Of a DNA stretch of 64,000 nucleotides, positions 47,401 through 56,304 are shown piece by piece. The stretch lies in the IMG/VR virus record IMGVR_UViG_3300036944_000487; one strand, 5' to 3'. The DNA comes from an uncultured virus (IMG/VR IMGVR_UViG_3300036944_000487) (taxonomy: Duplodnaviria; Heunggongvirae; Uroviricota; Caudoviricetes). Every line of letters begins with the position of its first letter. Position 1 is the first letter of the stretch. A model generated the notes under the pieces. That model worked only from the letters and a program-made list of their open reading frames with translations. It was not told the DNA's origin and made no database searches. Position numbers and translations under genes: made by a program.

Positions 47401-50400
47401 CTGCTGACGTGACCTTGCCGGTCTCCCGATTCAGCAGGTTCTTGGTGATGACCTCGATCGATGCCAGACCAGGCGTACGGGCATTGAGCTTCGAGAGGAT
47501 CGCTCGAGACAGATCTTCGTACAGATCCAGATTCCTGGCTTGCTTGTCCCCAAACCACTCACTGAAGTTCTTCACCTTGCTGGCCAGGCTGTACATACCG
47601 CCACGGTTCATCATGGCGAACATCGCGTCTACCGTAGCAGCAGCACCCAGAGCCAGGTGCGACAAGATGGGTCCGTTAGTCTTGCCGTCCACACCCACCA
47701 ACATCGTGGCTGTAAAGGAAGCAGCACCAGCATCCTGAGCTTCGAGGTACCGACCGTAAGCCACCAGGGCCTGCAGAGTCTGCATACCTTCAGCGTCCGA
47801 AGCCAAGGCTGCGATGTCTGCCTTCTGCGCATCCGTGAGAGCACTGTTGGCAGGATCCTTGATCGCCTTGTTCAGCGCCCGAACCAGTTCCACAGTCTTG
47901 TCGGTTTCCGAGCTCAGCTTGGCTTCGAGCTTGACCAGGGTCTCAGCATTCGACTGCTGATCCACCTTGATGCCCAGAGCCTGAGCAACCGCCACCAGGA
48001 ACGAATCCACCTTGGCGGCATCGTCCATGCGAATCGTCGACTCCCAGTCCGGACGAGCGAACATGAAGCGATGGATCTTGCTGGTTTGCAGGTTCATGTT
48101 CCGGGTGGTGACGCCCACACGGAAGTTCTTCCACGCCTCGAAGTTGGCGTAAAACGCCTGCTTGAGGTTGGCTGGGTCGATGAGATCCACCATCAACTGG
48201 AGCTGGTTCTCCAGGTTGTTGTTCTGGGCCTCGACGGCTTCGACGTTGTTGGCCTGGACCTTACCCAGGCTTGTGTCTTTCCAGCCTGCCGCTTTCAGGA
48301 TCACGGAATCACCCAGCACCTGCAAGGCGTTCCACATGTCCGGAATGATCCGGTTCTCCTGCTTGTTCGCTGCCGCCAGGATGCGACGCAGCTTCGTCGA
48401 CAGGGTCTGTTTCGTGCCCTTGGCGAACTGCTGCTTGAACTTGACTGGTTCCGTCGTGGCTTCCATCGGAATGTGTTCGGAATCGAACAGCCGATCCAGG
48501 ACGCCCTGTGAACCCTTCACTGACTCGATGATGGTCTTGCCGTCACCGACAGGCTTCAGCGTTGCATCGTCTCGAACGATCTTGACGTACGAGTAGTACG
48601 CATACATTGGTGCGCCGTCTTTGTACTTTCCGATCGGAGTCGCAACCATGCTCGGCATGAACTCCTCGAGCTCGTTCGCACGTACCGTGACGATCTCGAT
48701 CAAGCCTTCTCTGCGGAGCAGCTCCAGAGCGTGCACACCAAAGGCTGCAGCGACCTTGCCCAGGTAGTCCTGAGGAGCACCTGGCTTCGCCTTCAAACCA
48801 AGAGAAGTCACAACACTTCGCCCGATCGAGTTGATGGCTGCGTCTTCGAATGCAGCCATCCGCTTGAGCGTGCCGATCCCTTGACCTGTGATGGTGTCCT
48901 CTTCATCCAGGCCGTGCATCTCCAGAATGTCCTCAGGCAACTTCAGTGCCGGAGCCATCGTGCTGTTCACAAGCCAGGAGTACGCAGCACGAGTCACAGC
49001 AGTGACAATGTTCTCGTCCATCGTGCCGTCTGCGTTGTAGAAATCCTGAACAGGATCTCGGAACAGCTGGTCAGCGTTCTTGGTCTTCCCTTTACTGTTG
49101 GTAAGACTGCCCTTGATGAAGTTCTGCTTGATCCCAGCAGCCCACTGGGTAGCAAACTTCCTGAACGTGTTCAGAGCCAGGCTCTGTTCATCACTGAGTT
49201 CCGTGTCAGGAAAGAACGACTCGACCAGAGACGGGTCTTCATTCCACTGGCTCAGCAGATTCGGTACATCCACCAGAGGACGTACAGCTGAGATGTCAGA
49301 GTCCTTCTCCACCTTGGTCTGACGTTGTGTGAGAAACGTCACAGCCTTGTTGATGGATCGGTACACTGCACCCAGCTTGGTACCCGTCTCCTGAGCTCCC
49401 TTGCCTTCCTTCAGAACTGTCAAGCCCTTGGGCTGTTCTGAGGTCGGTTCCACCGACTCGGGGGATGTTGCTTCCTCCTTTGAACCAGTACTCTCAGTAG
49501 ACTGGTTGGAGACCTTAGCTGCGTCCGTAGCTTCCCCAGTCACCACAGCGGCAGGAGCCGCCTGAGAATCAACTGAGTTCTTGACCTCAGAGGACTGAGC
49601 TACAGGGGCAGGCGCGGCGGCAGGGACAGCAGAAGCTACCCCAGCGGCTCCCACTTCGGAGGTTCCGGATCCCGCAGCGGCAGGAGCTCCGCTTCCGACG
49701 ACCGGTTGAGCGCTTCCCGAATCTTTTCCTTCTTGCTGAACGCCGAGTTGGGTCGGGGGGGTTGCTGGTGCAGGTGCTTGCGATACGACCGGGACATTGA
49801 CGGCTCCTTGAGTAGCAGGGCTGGACGAGAACTTGATTGCGTAAGCGGCCTGCATCTCCGCAAGTGCAGTAGTGATGGCCAGGGCTTCAGCCTTGATGCT
49901 GGGAACCAGGGCATCAGGCGTGTTCATATGGATCGAGATCGCACCGTTCTTCTCAGCCGTGCTGCCCTTCCCCCACATGTACAAACGACCTTTGTTGCGC
50001 TGCCAGGCCTTGCCGACACGAATGACTTGGGTGTTCTTGCCCGTGGCCTGGTGATCCGCCAGGGCTTGAGCCACCAGCTCAGCCTTCGTCCGGTGGTCTT
50101 CCTCCAAGTTCTTCAGCACAGCCATGGCTTTGTCAGCCAGGGTCTTGTTCCCCGAACCAAGAGCACCAGCGATCTTTTGACGGTGCTGGACGATCCCTTC
50201 GTTCCCGTTGCCGCCGTAGTAGATCTCCTTGGCAACAGCGTTCGTGTCCTTCATCTGGTTCGCAGCCACTCGAGCAGCGGTGAACTTGCGAAGGAAGTCC
50301 CGTTGAGTGGTCGTCAGTCCGTTCGACGTGTTCTTGATGAGCGCTTCTGCGTCATCAGTGGAAAGCTCTTCGGAGAGAGCCATCGACAGATTGATGACGC

Positions 50401-52033
50401 TGGTCGCTGCGGCACTGCGTGCCGCTACAGCGACCGCGTCCTTCTCGTCGACAGGGGTGTTGATGGTGGCAACCGCTGCCTTCACATCCACTGAACCAGA
50501 AGCCAGCTCTTCGTTGAACCGGGTCAGACCTTCCGTTGCATCAGCCAGGTTCTTGTTGGCCAGATCCAGATTGGCTTTCGCGTTCTTGATCTGTTCCGGC
50601 GTTGCCTTGACCTCGGGAACCGTGAATAGGTCCACATCGGCCTGGTGCTCTGCCTTCTTGACGGGATCCGTCTCCGCATCCCGACGAGCCTTGGCTGCGT
50701 TCAGTGCAGCGAGGTTGGCTTGCTGGGCTTCCGGCGACACCATGTCGTAGTCAGCCTGAGCACTTTCCTGAGCTTTGCGTGCACCAGCGACGATCTCACC
50801 AGCCTTCTTGAGGTTGGTTTCCTTGGCTTCGGGTGTTGCAGTCGCAAGGGAGCTGTTCCCAACCAGAGCAGCGATGGCCTGTCCTGGGGCGTAGGTTGGC
50901 TTCTTGGGATCGATCAGTGCCGTGACATCACCCGTGGCAATCGCAGCCTCCTGGGCTGCAGCACGGGCTTTGGCGGTATCGGCTTCCTTCTTGACTTCGT
51001 CGGCCTTCTGACCAACCAGACCAGCCAGCCCCGACAAGCCACCGGCAGCGTTGCCCATCGCCAGACCGGACAGCAGGCCCATGGCTGAGGCATCACCGAC
51101 ACCCTCCATCAGAGGTTTGTCGAGGGCATAGTTCTGCCACATCTGCTCCTGAGCCGACTGAGGCATCTCTTCCAGGAAACCTTCAGAGATACCAGAGCCA
51201 ACGAGAGCTTTGACGAAGCCAGCAGGAGACTTCAGTGAACCAGATGCCAGAGCCGTGTCGATGTCAGGCAGGCCCAGTCTCTGAGCGATCTTGGCTCCCA
51301 GCAAGCTGAAAGCTGCGGTGCCCACACCAGAGCCCACCGCTGCAAGGGATTGCTTGGCATCCAGAAGACCATCTGCGGTCTCTCCCCGGATCTGCTCTGC
51401 AGCTGCACCAGCACCCAGAACACCCTCACCCACCGCACCAGCGATGACCGGGGCAGAGGCCTGACCCACGGTGCGAGCCAGGATTCCGGGCATGACCGGA
51501 CCAGCGATACCTGCACCCACCGTCCTGGCTCCGACAGCCAGGAGACCTCGAGCTACGGCAGCACCGCCCACCATCTGGGGCAGCGACTCACCGATCGAGG
51601 TGACGATGGTGCTGGGGTTCTGGATCGCCTGGTCAAGCGTCTCCGTGAACCCGTCTGCAATCTGAACTCGCAGATTGGCTTCCTGCTGTGCAGGGGAATA
51701 CTCAGCGTCGAGAATCTCCTTGGCATCCTTGAACCGGATACCCATGTCCTCGACTGCCTTGCCTGCAACTCCACCAGAAACCAGGCTGGCCAGGCCTACT
51801 GCAGCTTCCGGGAGACCAACTGCACCCTTTGCTGCCATCACGGCTGCATCTCTCAGGAGGTCTTCAGGAGATCTCCCCGGATCAACCAAAGCCCGATTCG
51901 CAGCAACTGCTTGTTGGTATTCCTGAAGATCCGCAACCTTGCTCCTCAGAGCTTGGGATATGGACTCCTGCTTCGGAGCATTCAGAGAATCCAACTTCCG
52001 ACGAAAGTAGTCGGTAGCAGAGAAATCATTCAT
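41405..52033 (-). CDS. Virion-encapsidated RNA polymerase (N4 gp50-like)
   Basis: 3542 aa; motif A GVDGKTNG, motif B R..VKTPLT...FG, motif C VHDE; no Cys seen on reading; position downstream of structural genes. Confidence 0.95.
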   Translation of the reverse strand: MNDFSATDYFRRKLDSLNAPKQESISQALRSKVADLQEYQQAVAANRALVDPGRSPEDLLRDAAVMAAKGAVGLPEAAVGLASLVSGGVAGKAVEDMGIRFKDAKEILDAEYSPAQQEANLRVQIADGFTETLDQAIQNPSTIVTSIGESLPQMVGGAAVARGLLAVGARTVGAGIAGPVMPGILARTVGQASAPVIAGAVGEGVLGAGAAAEQIRGETADGLLDAKQSLAAVGSGVGTAAFSLLGAKIAQRLGLPDIDTALASGSLKSPAGFVKALVGSGISEGFLEEMPQSAQEQMWQNYALDKPLMEGVGDASAMGLLSGLAMGNAAGGLSGLAGLVGQKADEVKKEADTAKARAAAQEAAIATGDVTALIDPKKPTYAPGQAIAALVGNSSLATATPEAKETNLKKAGEIVAGARKAQESAQADYDMVSPEAQQANLAALNAAKARRDAETDPVKKAEHQADVDLFTVPEVKATPEQIKNAKANLDLANKNLADATEGLTRFNEELASGSVDVKAAVATINTPVDEKDAVAVAARSAAATSVINLSMALSEELSTDDAEALIKNTSNGLTTTQRDFLRKFTAARVAANQMKDTNAVAKEIYYGGNGNEGIVQHRQKIAGALGSGNKTLADKAMAVLKNLEEDHRTKAELVAQALADHQATGKNTQVIRVGKAWQRNKGRLYMWGKGSTAEKNGAISIHMNTPDALVPSIKAEALAITTALAEMQAAYAIKFSSSPATQGAVNVPVVSQAPAPATPPTQLGVQQEGKDSGSAQPVVGSGAPAAAGSGTSEVGAAGVASAVPAAAPAPVAQSSEVKNSVDSQAAPAAVVTGEATDAAKVSNQSTESTGSKEEATSPESVEPTSEQPKGLTVLKEGKGAQETGTKLGAVYRSINKAVTFLTQRQTKVEKDSDISAVRPLVDVPNLLSQWNEDPSLVESFFPDTELSDEQSLALNTFRKFATQWAAGIKQNFIKGSLTNSKGKTKNADQLFRDPVQDFYNADGTMDENIVTAVTRAAYSWLVNSTMAPALKLPEDILEMHGLDEEDTITGQGIGTLKRMAAFEDAAINSIGRSVVTSLGLKAKPGAPQDYLGKVAAAFGVHALELLRREGLIEIVTVRANELEEFMPSMVATPIGKYKDGAPMYAYYSYVKIVRDDATLKPVGDGKTIIESVKGSQGVLDRLFDSEHIPMEATTEPVKFKQQFAKGTKQTLSTKLRRILAAANKQENRIIPDMWNALQVLGDSVILKAAGWKDTSLGKVQANNVEAVEAQNNNLENQLQLMVDLIDPANLKQAFYANFEAWKNFRVGVTTRNMNLQTSKIHRFMFARPDWESTIRMDDAAKVDSFLVAVAQALGIKVDQQSNAETLVKLEAKLSSETDKTVELVRALNKAIKDPANSALTDAQKADIAALASDAEGMQTLQALVAYGRYLEAQDAGAASFTATMLVGVDGKTNGPILSHLALGAAATVDAMFAMMNRGGMYSLASKVKNFSEWFGDKQARNLDLYEDLSRAILSKLNARTPGLASIEVITKNLLNRETGKVTSAGRKIVKTPLTSFAFGSSVEKSLENMQNAFVEAVFSRIEDLATGADPRLKRQDLIRSINEMFSMGGLPDSELISPDETIDELMAWEIEPFQAKALKVAFDEVLGKTVKKTMKSYFSEFIKRRNGVNESIQASFAIYQAIYQDLRTKELARLIEAGEIAYTEVSPKGKDGKADTSAPKIKIPLHDMTVAQEAALRKKVEAILPQAHTAYTQGADGLGSGLMMAKQSKNLGNDPMYAIEVQMGVAFTDADGNESVQIKSRGMQESEYSPGVAGLPYLMHSTDSHIMHDSIEGTQSLNVHDEAGNAADKVEATAQRINQSTWTTMLRFSPANEAYEMLERAVMNSWDMVQSGNVSPEALAALESIIQNLLTDKQKVDLSYKQMVGQALINAKAQAHQANLIRLETMSLMGSVDQYTWEGGEYQVTQDDRDEAAALLEKARKEDGGLSNDVLVAAKELGIAIHEAGTAEPSAEAADFESDPVDEESPFGTVGTPVKASNPQLLSFFEQNPEPTGAQVAKYLYDMMEKGSYTRLLVGMLRKAMPADIKVILVRKDTVLPESKMPRKEDQGKAFGWKTGNEVYILSDDFVNTGLQTPEVLLHELVHAVLQHVMASPRGAEKAMIAALTDLMEQAKAYAQDKGITKFDAALNDLDEFVAYGMTRKSFQEFLAQVTVTTPSTGLVNGFKEFVDRLVGLLFARIKKTQTQEAQASTALAGLIENVTGLLESATVEQAGVRDSTGLPAKSMTRDTRVLTISEDREGFKLVDTTTGEWIEVGHPLEDEITGLIRTRKDAEVVLRAWDSRTIRSLSMAMPANPVGAVNNFTTLDIHNALNAGSVTPEFDAKLRNVLGGIVEKLYGPFQVLKPGWMKNQALTAVDVWHKALATGNAPFAGSAIAAPFIMSEREAHAMEQVEATVRIALERDETTATSARHELNTLFTEAMSIIKPTDFASVDQYNFLFKVETGANGRSDHLARFAAFGLANEQVNKLLRVNTQGTAKKQGKTIMEKLGIFWEGVLEFFHEKVTSTYAGQKADAKLLRLVDQLIDIEAKKRSSLARRAGAFNLTAPIEAGAKKLVEAGIRKVSDIAGSQLVRNNSSSVVKAVGSVVRIVANNQVDAFMEEVKQFRAQQWKDRLGFVAGTLNYAMGGDKVQEALLRERKVLEGERKDLITRISKMTRQAFVNGGKDMSKAAKNSITQVFMRTGAFVLKGPYNMTQLENLVGDKAARNAEIASLEAQLTGLGNMRNSVINQAKALGYFKVTGRNKAKVLMMNAHNIARLYGTPYRNRVTEAQAQQREPVVEKLVALYALSYVPPAELNIAKRVLQTENARPASEGNGVEFVLEMHRRMDKESRDRLFQGQEALMTHGYTQEIYSPHIEIQTADDVTGQELINKGYKKGAAVEIDPAHPDQTRKHLYVLDGGGLMPHLTGNLAYDGKRSKGARQHSGYMNINTADGLANASLQADIMHGKQNAMNNASNWDPSQEKHTYMAPIVNPQGEIVNWRYLMHDSTKDTILQRENQFDLVLGTLAGSIFGKDTVTDTNTRVFQAMKDQYDAEKARKSAAYVLVGPKSPDPELREMWAKLPDDSKAAARAIWGRDGMFVRNDQRDIIFGYRKLSLANAIRSTQDRRKDDADRIARGMAPIGSQGLVDDFENAMAKFFTVAVEHALVLHARTKGHPDPEKYGERAAVVISRGERAWQEIVGETKDLLVIKTVTVMMGNLKSNMSLLILSGVPIKDIVNSHLVAWRGATSYQRDSDELDRLKTLIDIGQTNGKDAQIKIQIARLEDALARNPVRELIEAGLMPTIVEDAAEDVDPYSYKSALTEKVDTLTSKLHPGVKTTLKNVYMTKDTAPYQALRRVTQLSDFMARYTQYQHLTTRQVDPLSKEDAIQQSSEDFINYDVPMHRSMQYLDDMGIFPFMKYFLRVQKVLMRLTKDHPARVFSAVLLGQFLDFGPIVLDSSWVAKIGNNPIHWGALQYPGALDELATVNSALSLVGAGGSDWAPQ

Positions 52034-52074
52034 GGTGGAGATACTCGGAAGGTGGGCTTCCGATATTCTCCCTC

Positions 52075-52105
52075 AAAACAAAAAGGAGGCCTAAGCCTCC
52101 CTTTT
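52075..52105 (-). terminator. Intrinsic terminator (possibly bidirectional)
   Basis: GGAGGC-CTAA-GCCTCC flanked by A- and T-tracts. Confidence 0.6.
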
Positions 52106-52126
52106 GATTCAGTATTTCAAACCATA

Positions 52127-52363
52127 CTAACTTCGAGGATACATCCCTCGATATACCCAACGGATTGCCCACATCAGTGCGACCGGACCAAGTAAAACCC
52201 CAGCGCTGACGGACGCAAGCGTCAGAGTATCTCGAGCAGTCAACACGGGTCCATCCATCAGCCTGGACGCCAGGACTGCAACGTAGAAAAGAGAAAGGCT
52301 CCCCCACAAGACGTAGAAGAGCCTCTTAGCTCCGGCTTCAAATCGAGCTCGATTGGTGTTCAT
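52127..52363 (-). CDS. small two-TM membrane protein (moron-like)
   Basis: Two hydrophobic helices, WAIRWVYRG end; inserted between gp51-like gene and vRNAP. Confidence 0.65.
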   Translation of the reverse strand: MNTNRARFEAGAKRLFYVLWGSLSLFYVAVLASRLMDGPVLTARDTLTLASVSAGVLLGPVALMWAIRWVYRGMYPRS

Positions 52364-52387
52364 CGAGGCACTCTACCAGACACCTGT

Positions 52388-53632
52388 TTACTTCTTCTTC
52401 GCACTCGCCCCAGGGTTCTCCACCGCGTTGAGTCGAGCGTTCATGTAAGCAGTGAAATCCTGTACGGTTTTGTTCTGCTTGTACTCTCGCCCGTCAGCAA
52501 GCTGAGACTGAACGATCTGCTTCATTGACTGGGTCAAGTTCTCGTCCATGGAGTTGGCCATGCCTTCGTTCCAAGCCACAAGACCTCGCAGCCCATTGGG
52601 ATCTCGTTCGTTGCGATCAGGGATCAACTGGTCGGATGCACCAAGGATCGCTTGTTTCACCAAGCTGAGAGGGATCGGTACTTTCTTGGTGTCCAGCTTG
52701 TTGTCGCCGTTCACGTACGGGAGCTCCATCTCCCCACCAATCTGTTGAAGGCGACGGATCATCGCCTCACGCTTGCCAGCATGAAGCACTCCGTTCTTCA
52801 CCAGCATCTCGTTCAAGGACTGCGTGTCATTGGGGTTTAGCACCCCATCCACGTAGATGTTGCCTGCGTCCTTCAACAAGGAGATCTGGCCTGCTGCCTT
52901 GGTCGCTGCTTCCTGCTTGATTCGATCGGCTTCCGCAAGCTGCGCACGTCGACCAATCTCCTCGACAGCTGCCACAGAAGCACCAGCAGCAGCTTCACTC
53001 GCTGCAGTGCTGGCTCGCATCTGGTTCCTTCGAAGAGGGTCAGTCAGCCTAGCTTGCTCAAGGTCATAGGCCGCTTTTTCCCGCTCGATCTTGGTCTTTG
53101 CCCGTTCGTCTCCAGTCTTGATCGCTGCCTGTTCCGCAAGCGTGATCGCGTTCAGCATCTGACCAGGATTCCGCATCGAAGAAGCCATGGTTCGGGCGTC
53201 AGCGTACTTGCCTCGGGTCATCAGAGCCGTGACTTCTTGCTCCCATGGCTTGTCCAGACGAGCAGCTTCAGCCTCTGCAAACTGGTTTGCTGCTGTGGTC
53301 TGTTGACGGAGGCTGGTCAGTCGAGCCTCATCAGCACCGCGTACTGCAGCCAAGCCTTCCGGGTTCAGCCGAGCCTTCAGAACATCCAGGTTTCCACTGG
53401 CTTGCAGCTGAGCCAGCTCCTCAGGAGTCTTGGCTTGCGACAGCGCATCCAGGAACGCCTGTTTGTTGGCCTCGTGCCCCTTCGCTACCTCGTTGGCATC
53501 GAAGGATTCACGCTGCTGGAGGAGCTTGTTGAAGATCCCGAAGGCATCGTTGACTGAGCCAGCAGCACTCTGCATGCCCTGAGCCACGCCTGCTGTCGAA
53601 GGCGCATCGACATTCCGCCAGGTGATGGCCAT
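52388..53632 (-). CDS. virion ejection/structural protein (N4 gp51 position)
   Basis: MAITWRNVDAP N-terminus; synteny. Confidence 0.75.
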   Translation of the reverse strand: MAITWRNVDAPSTAGVAQGMQSAAGSVNDAFGIFNKLLQQRESFDANEVAKGHEANKQAFLDALSQAKTPEELAQLQASGNLDVLKARLNPEGLAAVRGADEARLTSLRQQTTAANQFAEAEAARLDKPWEQEVTALMTRGKYADARTMASSMRNPGQMLNAITLAEQAAIKTGDERAKTKIEREKAAYDLEQARLTDPLRRNQMRASTAASEAAAGASVAAVEEIGRRAQLAEADRIKQEAATKAAGQISLLKDAGNIYVDGVLNPNDTQSLNEMLVKNGVLHAGKREAMIRRLQQIGGEMELPYVNGDNKLDTKKVPIPLSLVKQAILGASDQLIPDRNERDPNGLRGLVAWNEGMANSMDENLTQSMKQIVQSQLADGREYKQNKTVQDFTAYMNARLNAVENPGASAKKK

Positions 53633-53635
53633 GGC

Positions 53636-54097
53636 TTAGCGCCCCTTGATACCGTTGGCCGACATGTAGTCACCCACCGACTGGTAGGCACCTGCATTCG
53701 AAGCCACACGAGCTCGCTGACGATCTTCCATCTGAGCGTTGGTCGTGGTTCGTTGAGCGTCGTAGTTCAGGCCGAACTGCTTCTTGGATTCACGCAGTTG
53801 ATCCTTGGCCAGACCGTACTGCTTCATGCCCATGAAAGCATTGAAGATGCCTTGTGCCCCACCCAGAGCCATGCCACCCCAGCCTTGGGAACCTTCCTTC
53901 GAGAGGAAGTTGTCCCAGATGCTCGTCGGCTTCCCGGCACCACCCAGTGCAGAGTCCCCCAACGCAGGAAGCTGGAAACCAGACATGTCGGGTGCACTCA
54001 TCGAGTTCAGACCCATCGGGGGTGCGAATCCAGGCATGCTGGTTTGAGGCTGCTTACCGTACTGCCCCAGTTGCAGATAGTCTTCCCACATACTCAT
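53636..54097 (-). CDS. structural protein (N4 gp52-like)
   Basis: G.KQY.LAK.QL...K.QF..NY.AQ....N...EDRQRARVA. Confidence 0.85.
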   Translation of the reverse strand: MSMWEDYLQLGQYGKQPQTSMPGFAPPMGLNSMSAPDMSGFQLPALGDSALGGAGKPTSIWDNFLSKEGSQGWGGMALGGAQGIFNAFMGMKQYGLAKDQLRESKKQFGLNYDAQRTTTNAQMEDRQRARVASNAGAYQSVGDYMSANGIKGR

Positions 54098-56304
54098 TCT
54101 CCTAGCGTGTCACTCAGTTCAGGGAGTCTCAGTGCCTGATCCACATACGTGGAAATCGCACTGATACCTATGACTCCGACATTACCGGAGTGGATAGTTC
54201 TATTGTAGTAGTCGTCAGGTGACTCACCGAATATCACGAAGGGATTCAGGTGAGTATTGTTTTCAAGCAGTTTCTGGGCTCGTTCAAACTCTTTTTCTGC
54301 TTCCGTTTGCAGTAGAGCCAGGCTGGAATACTCGTCTGCGATACCCTGCATCAGATCACTGATGTTGGCTCCCACCGCTTTGACCAGGCCGTTGGCTGTC
54401 TGTAAAAGCTCAATGGCCCAGGGTGCTCCTTTGATCGAGCCAGCGTTGATTGCCTTGAAGAACCCAGTCATGGCCAGTACCACGGCCAGAATCAGCGCCA
54501 GGTCCATGCCCAGTGCTTTCACCAGGAGCTGGAACAACTCCCCGACAACCAAGCTGATGACGATCTTTTCCAGCAAAGCCAGCGCAGCAATAGTGATTGC
54601 TGCGACGTCTCCACCGACAACTGCCGCAATGATGGCTCCACCATCAGCACCCAGACTGGCTACAGTCATCGTGATAGCTACCACCATGACGACAAACTGA
54701 AAGAACTCCGTCTCGTACCACCTCAACTTGATCGTCTCTGCACAGTTGAATACGTAGTGCAGCGACCTGGAGAAAAGAACCTCTCGTTCCCTAAATGAGT
54801 AGTCTTCCACCAGTGAGAGATCGATCGGAATCAGAAGAATTGGTTCTTCATCTTCAGCGGTTTCGTAGTAGCCGTCCAAGATCTCGTACGCCATGATCAG
54901 CGCGACAACCTGGATCTCTTGGTACTGCGTTTCGTTCAACTGCTTTCGGTACGTGTGAACCCCGACAGGCACTTCGACCGTAATCGGGTTCTCCTCGTTG
55001 ACGTACCCTTGCTCCACCATGATCGTGGAGTACGCACTGCTGTACGAACCTACGGGACCGATGACACCAGTGACGTTGTACCGATAGACGCCTGCGTTCG
55101 ACAAAGCCATCTTTACTCGAGCGTCTTCAATCAAGACGACGCTTCTAGCCAAGTTGGGTTCGTTGTACAACGCAATGGATATTTCCGCCGCTTCCTGGGA
55201 TTCGAACTGCGGCCCTTGGATCCAGATGTTCTCGAAGAACGTATAGAGGTATTTGAGTTCGAGCTGGTTCGTGGTGTTTGCTGAAACACCCATCATGATG
55301 AAAGCCTGCTCGACATCAGCGATGTCGGGGTTCTCGTCGATCGACTCTGCTACCTGGTCATAGTCAATGCCCAGGTACTTCACCAGCTTCTTGCTTGTGA
55401 GGTAAGCCGAAGAAGTTGGGTTGGTGATGTCCGAGACTTTGTTGAATCGGAAATGGGCGAAAGGCAAGTACGTCCCGTTGATCCCAGGATCAGCCAGGTA
55501 GGCAGCATCAATCGTGGGATACGTTCCCGCACCAGCCTCATACATCCAGTACTTGGTCACCCCACCAACGATGTACTTCACATGGTAGTAGTCACTCAAC
55601 GGATTCAGCCCACCTAACGTAATCGTTAGGTTCTCTTCGACCCACTCCAGAAGTGGCAAGTGAATGTAGGTCACTTGAACTTCCGGAACAGAAATCCCGT
55701 CCGATGTGTACACCGGGTTATCAGGCGCTGCAGCAGCCGTTTCCGGGGTGTAGGTAGTTCGTCTTGGGGTGTAGCCTGTGTAGGGGGGATTTCCCCACTG
55801 ATCCACTGTACCTGGGCGATAACTTGCAACGTCTGCAGAAGGAACCGCTAGAACCATGTTCTCCAGATAAACCGTGTACCCTCTAAGCGCACTGAGCACA
55901 GGTAGTTGGTTCGTATCCGGGTTGTAGCCGTACGTCTCGATCAACCGTATCCAGGCGATATGCAGACTGTTGGGAGGCCCCAGATTGCAGTAGTTCAACT
56001 CAACCGTTGCGCCTTCGAGCGTCTCGAGCACATCCGTGATTTCATCTCTGCCTTGAAGAGCAGACATGGTCTGGCCTGAAGGTAGGCCATGTACGTAGTG
56101 ATCCCGCCCATAGCGGTACATCTGATCCGCCTGGATGCTGATGCTTGACAGCAGGCTTTCTTGAATCGACTCGTTGATGTCTGTTCCCTGAAACAGGGAA
56201 TTCAGAATTCCAGTTTGAGCCGAATCCGGTAGCAACTCGTCTGAGATGACCCGACTGACGATCGTACCAACGACCGTTTGCGTGGAGCTACCAAAGAAGC
56301 CCAT
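54094..56304 (-). CDS. structural protein (N4 gp53-like)
   Basis: MGFF.S...V, WYET.FF followed by TM segments, GESPDDYYNRT; synteny. Confidence 0.8.
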   Translation of the reverse strand: MGFFGSSTQTVVGTIVSRVISDELLPDSAQTGILNSLFQGTDINESIQESLLSSISIQADQMYRYGRDHYVHGLPSGQTMSALQGRDEITDVLETLEGATVELNYCNLGPPNSLHIAWIRLIETYGYNPDTNQLPVLSALRGYTVYLENMVLAVPSADVASYRPGTVDQWGNPPYTGYTPRRTTYTPETAAAAPDNPVYTSDGISVPEVQVTYIHLPLLEWVEENLTITLGGLNPLSDYYHVKYIVGGVTKYWMYEAGAGTYPTIDAAYLADPGINGTYLPFAHFRFNKVSDITNPTSSAYLTSKKLVKYLGIDYDQVAESIDENPDIADVEQAFIMMGVSANTTNQLELKYLYTFFENIWIQGPQFESQEAAEISIALYNEPNLARSVVLIEDARVKMALSNAGVYRYNVTGVIGPVGSYSSAYSTIMVEQGYVNEENPITVEVPVGVHTYRKQLNETQYQEIQVVALIMAYEILDGYYETAEDEEPILLIPIDLSLVEDYSFREREVLFSRSLHYVFNCAETIKLRWYETEFFQFVVMVVAITMTVASLGADGGAIIAAVVGGDVAAITIAALALLEKIVISLVVGELFQLLVKALGMDLALILAVVLAMTGFFKAINAGSIKGAPWAIELLQTANGLVKAVGANISDLMQGIADEYSSLALLQTEAEKEFERAQKLLENNTHLNPFVIFGESPDDYYNRTIHSGNVGVIGISAISTYVDQALRLPELSDTLGE

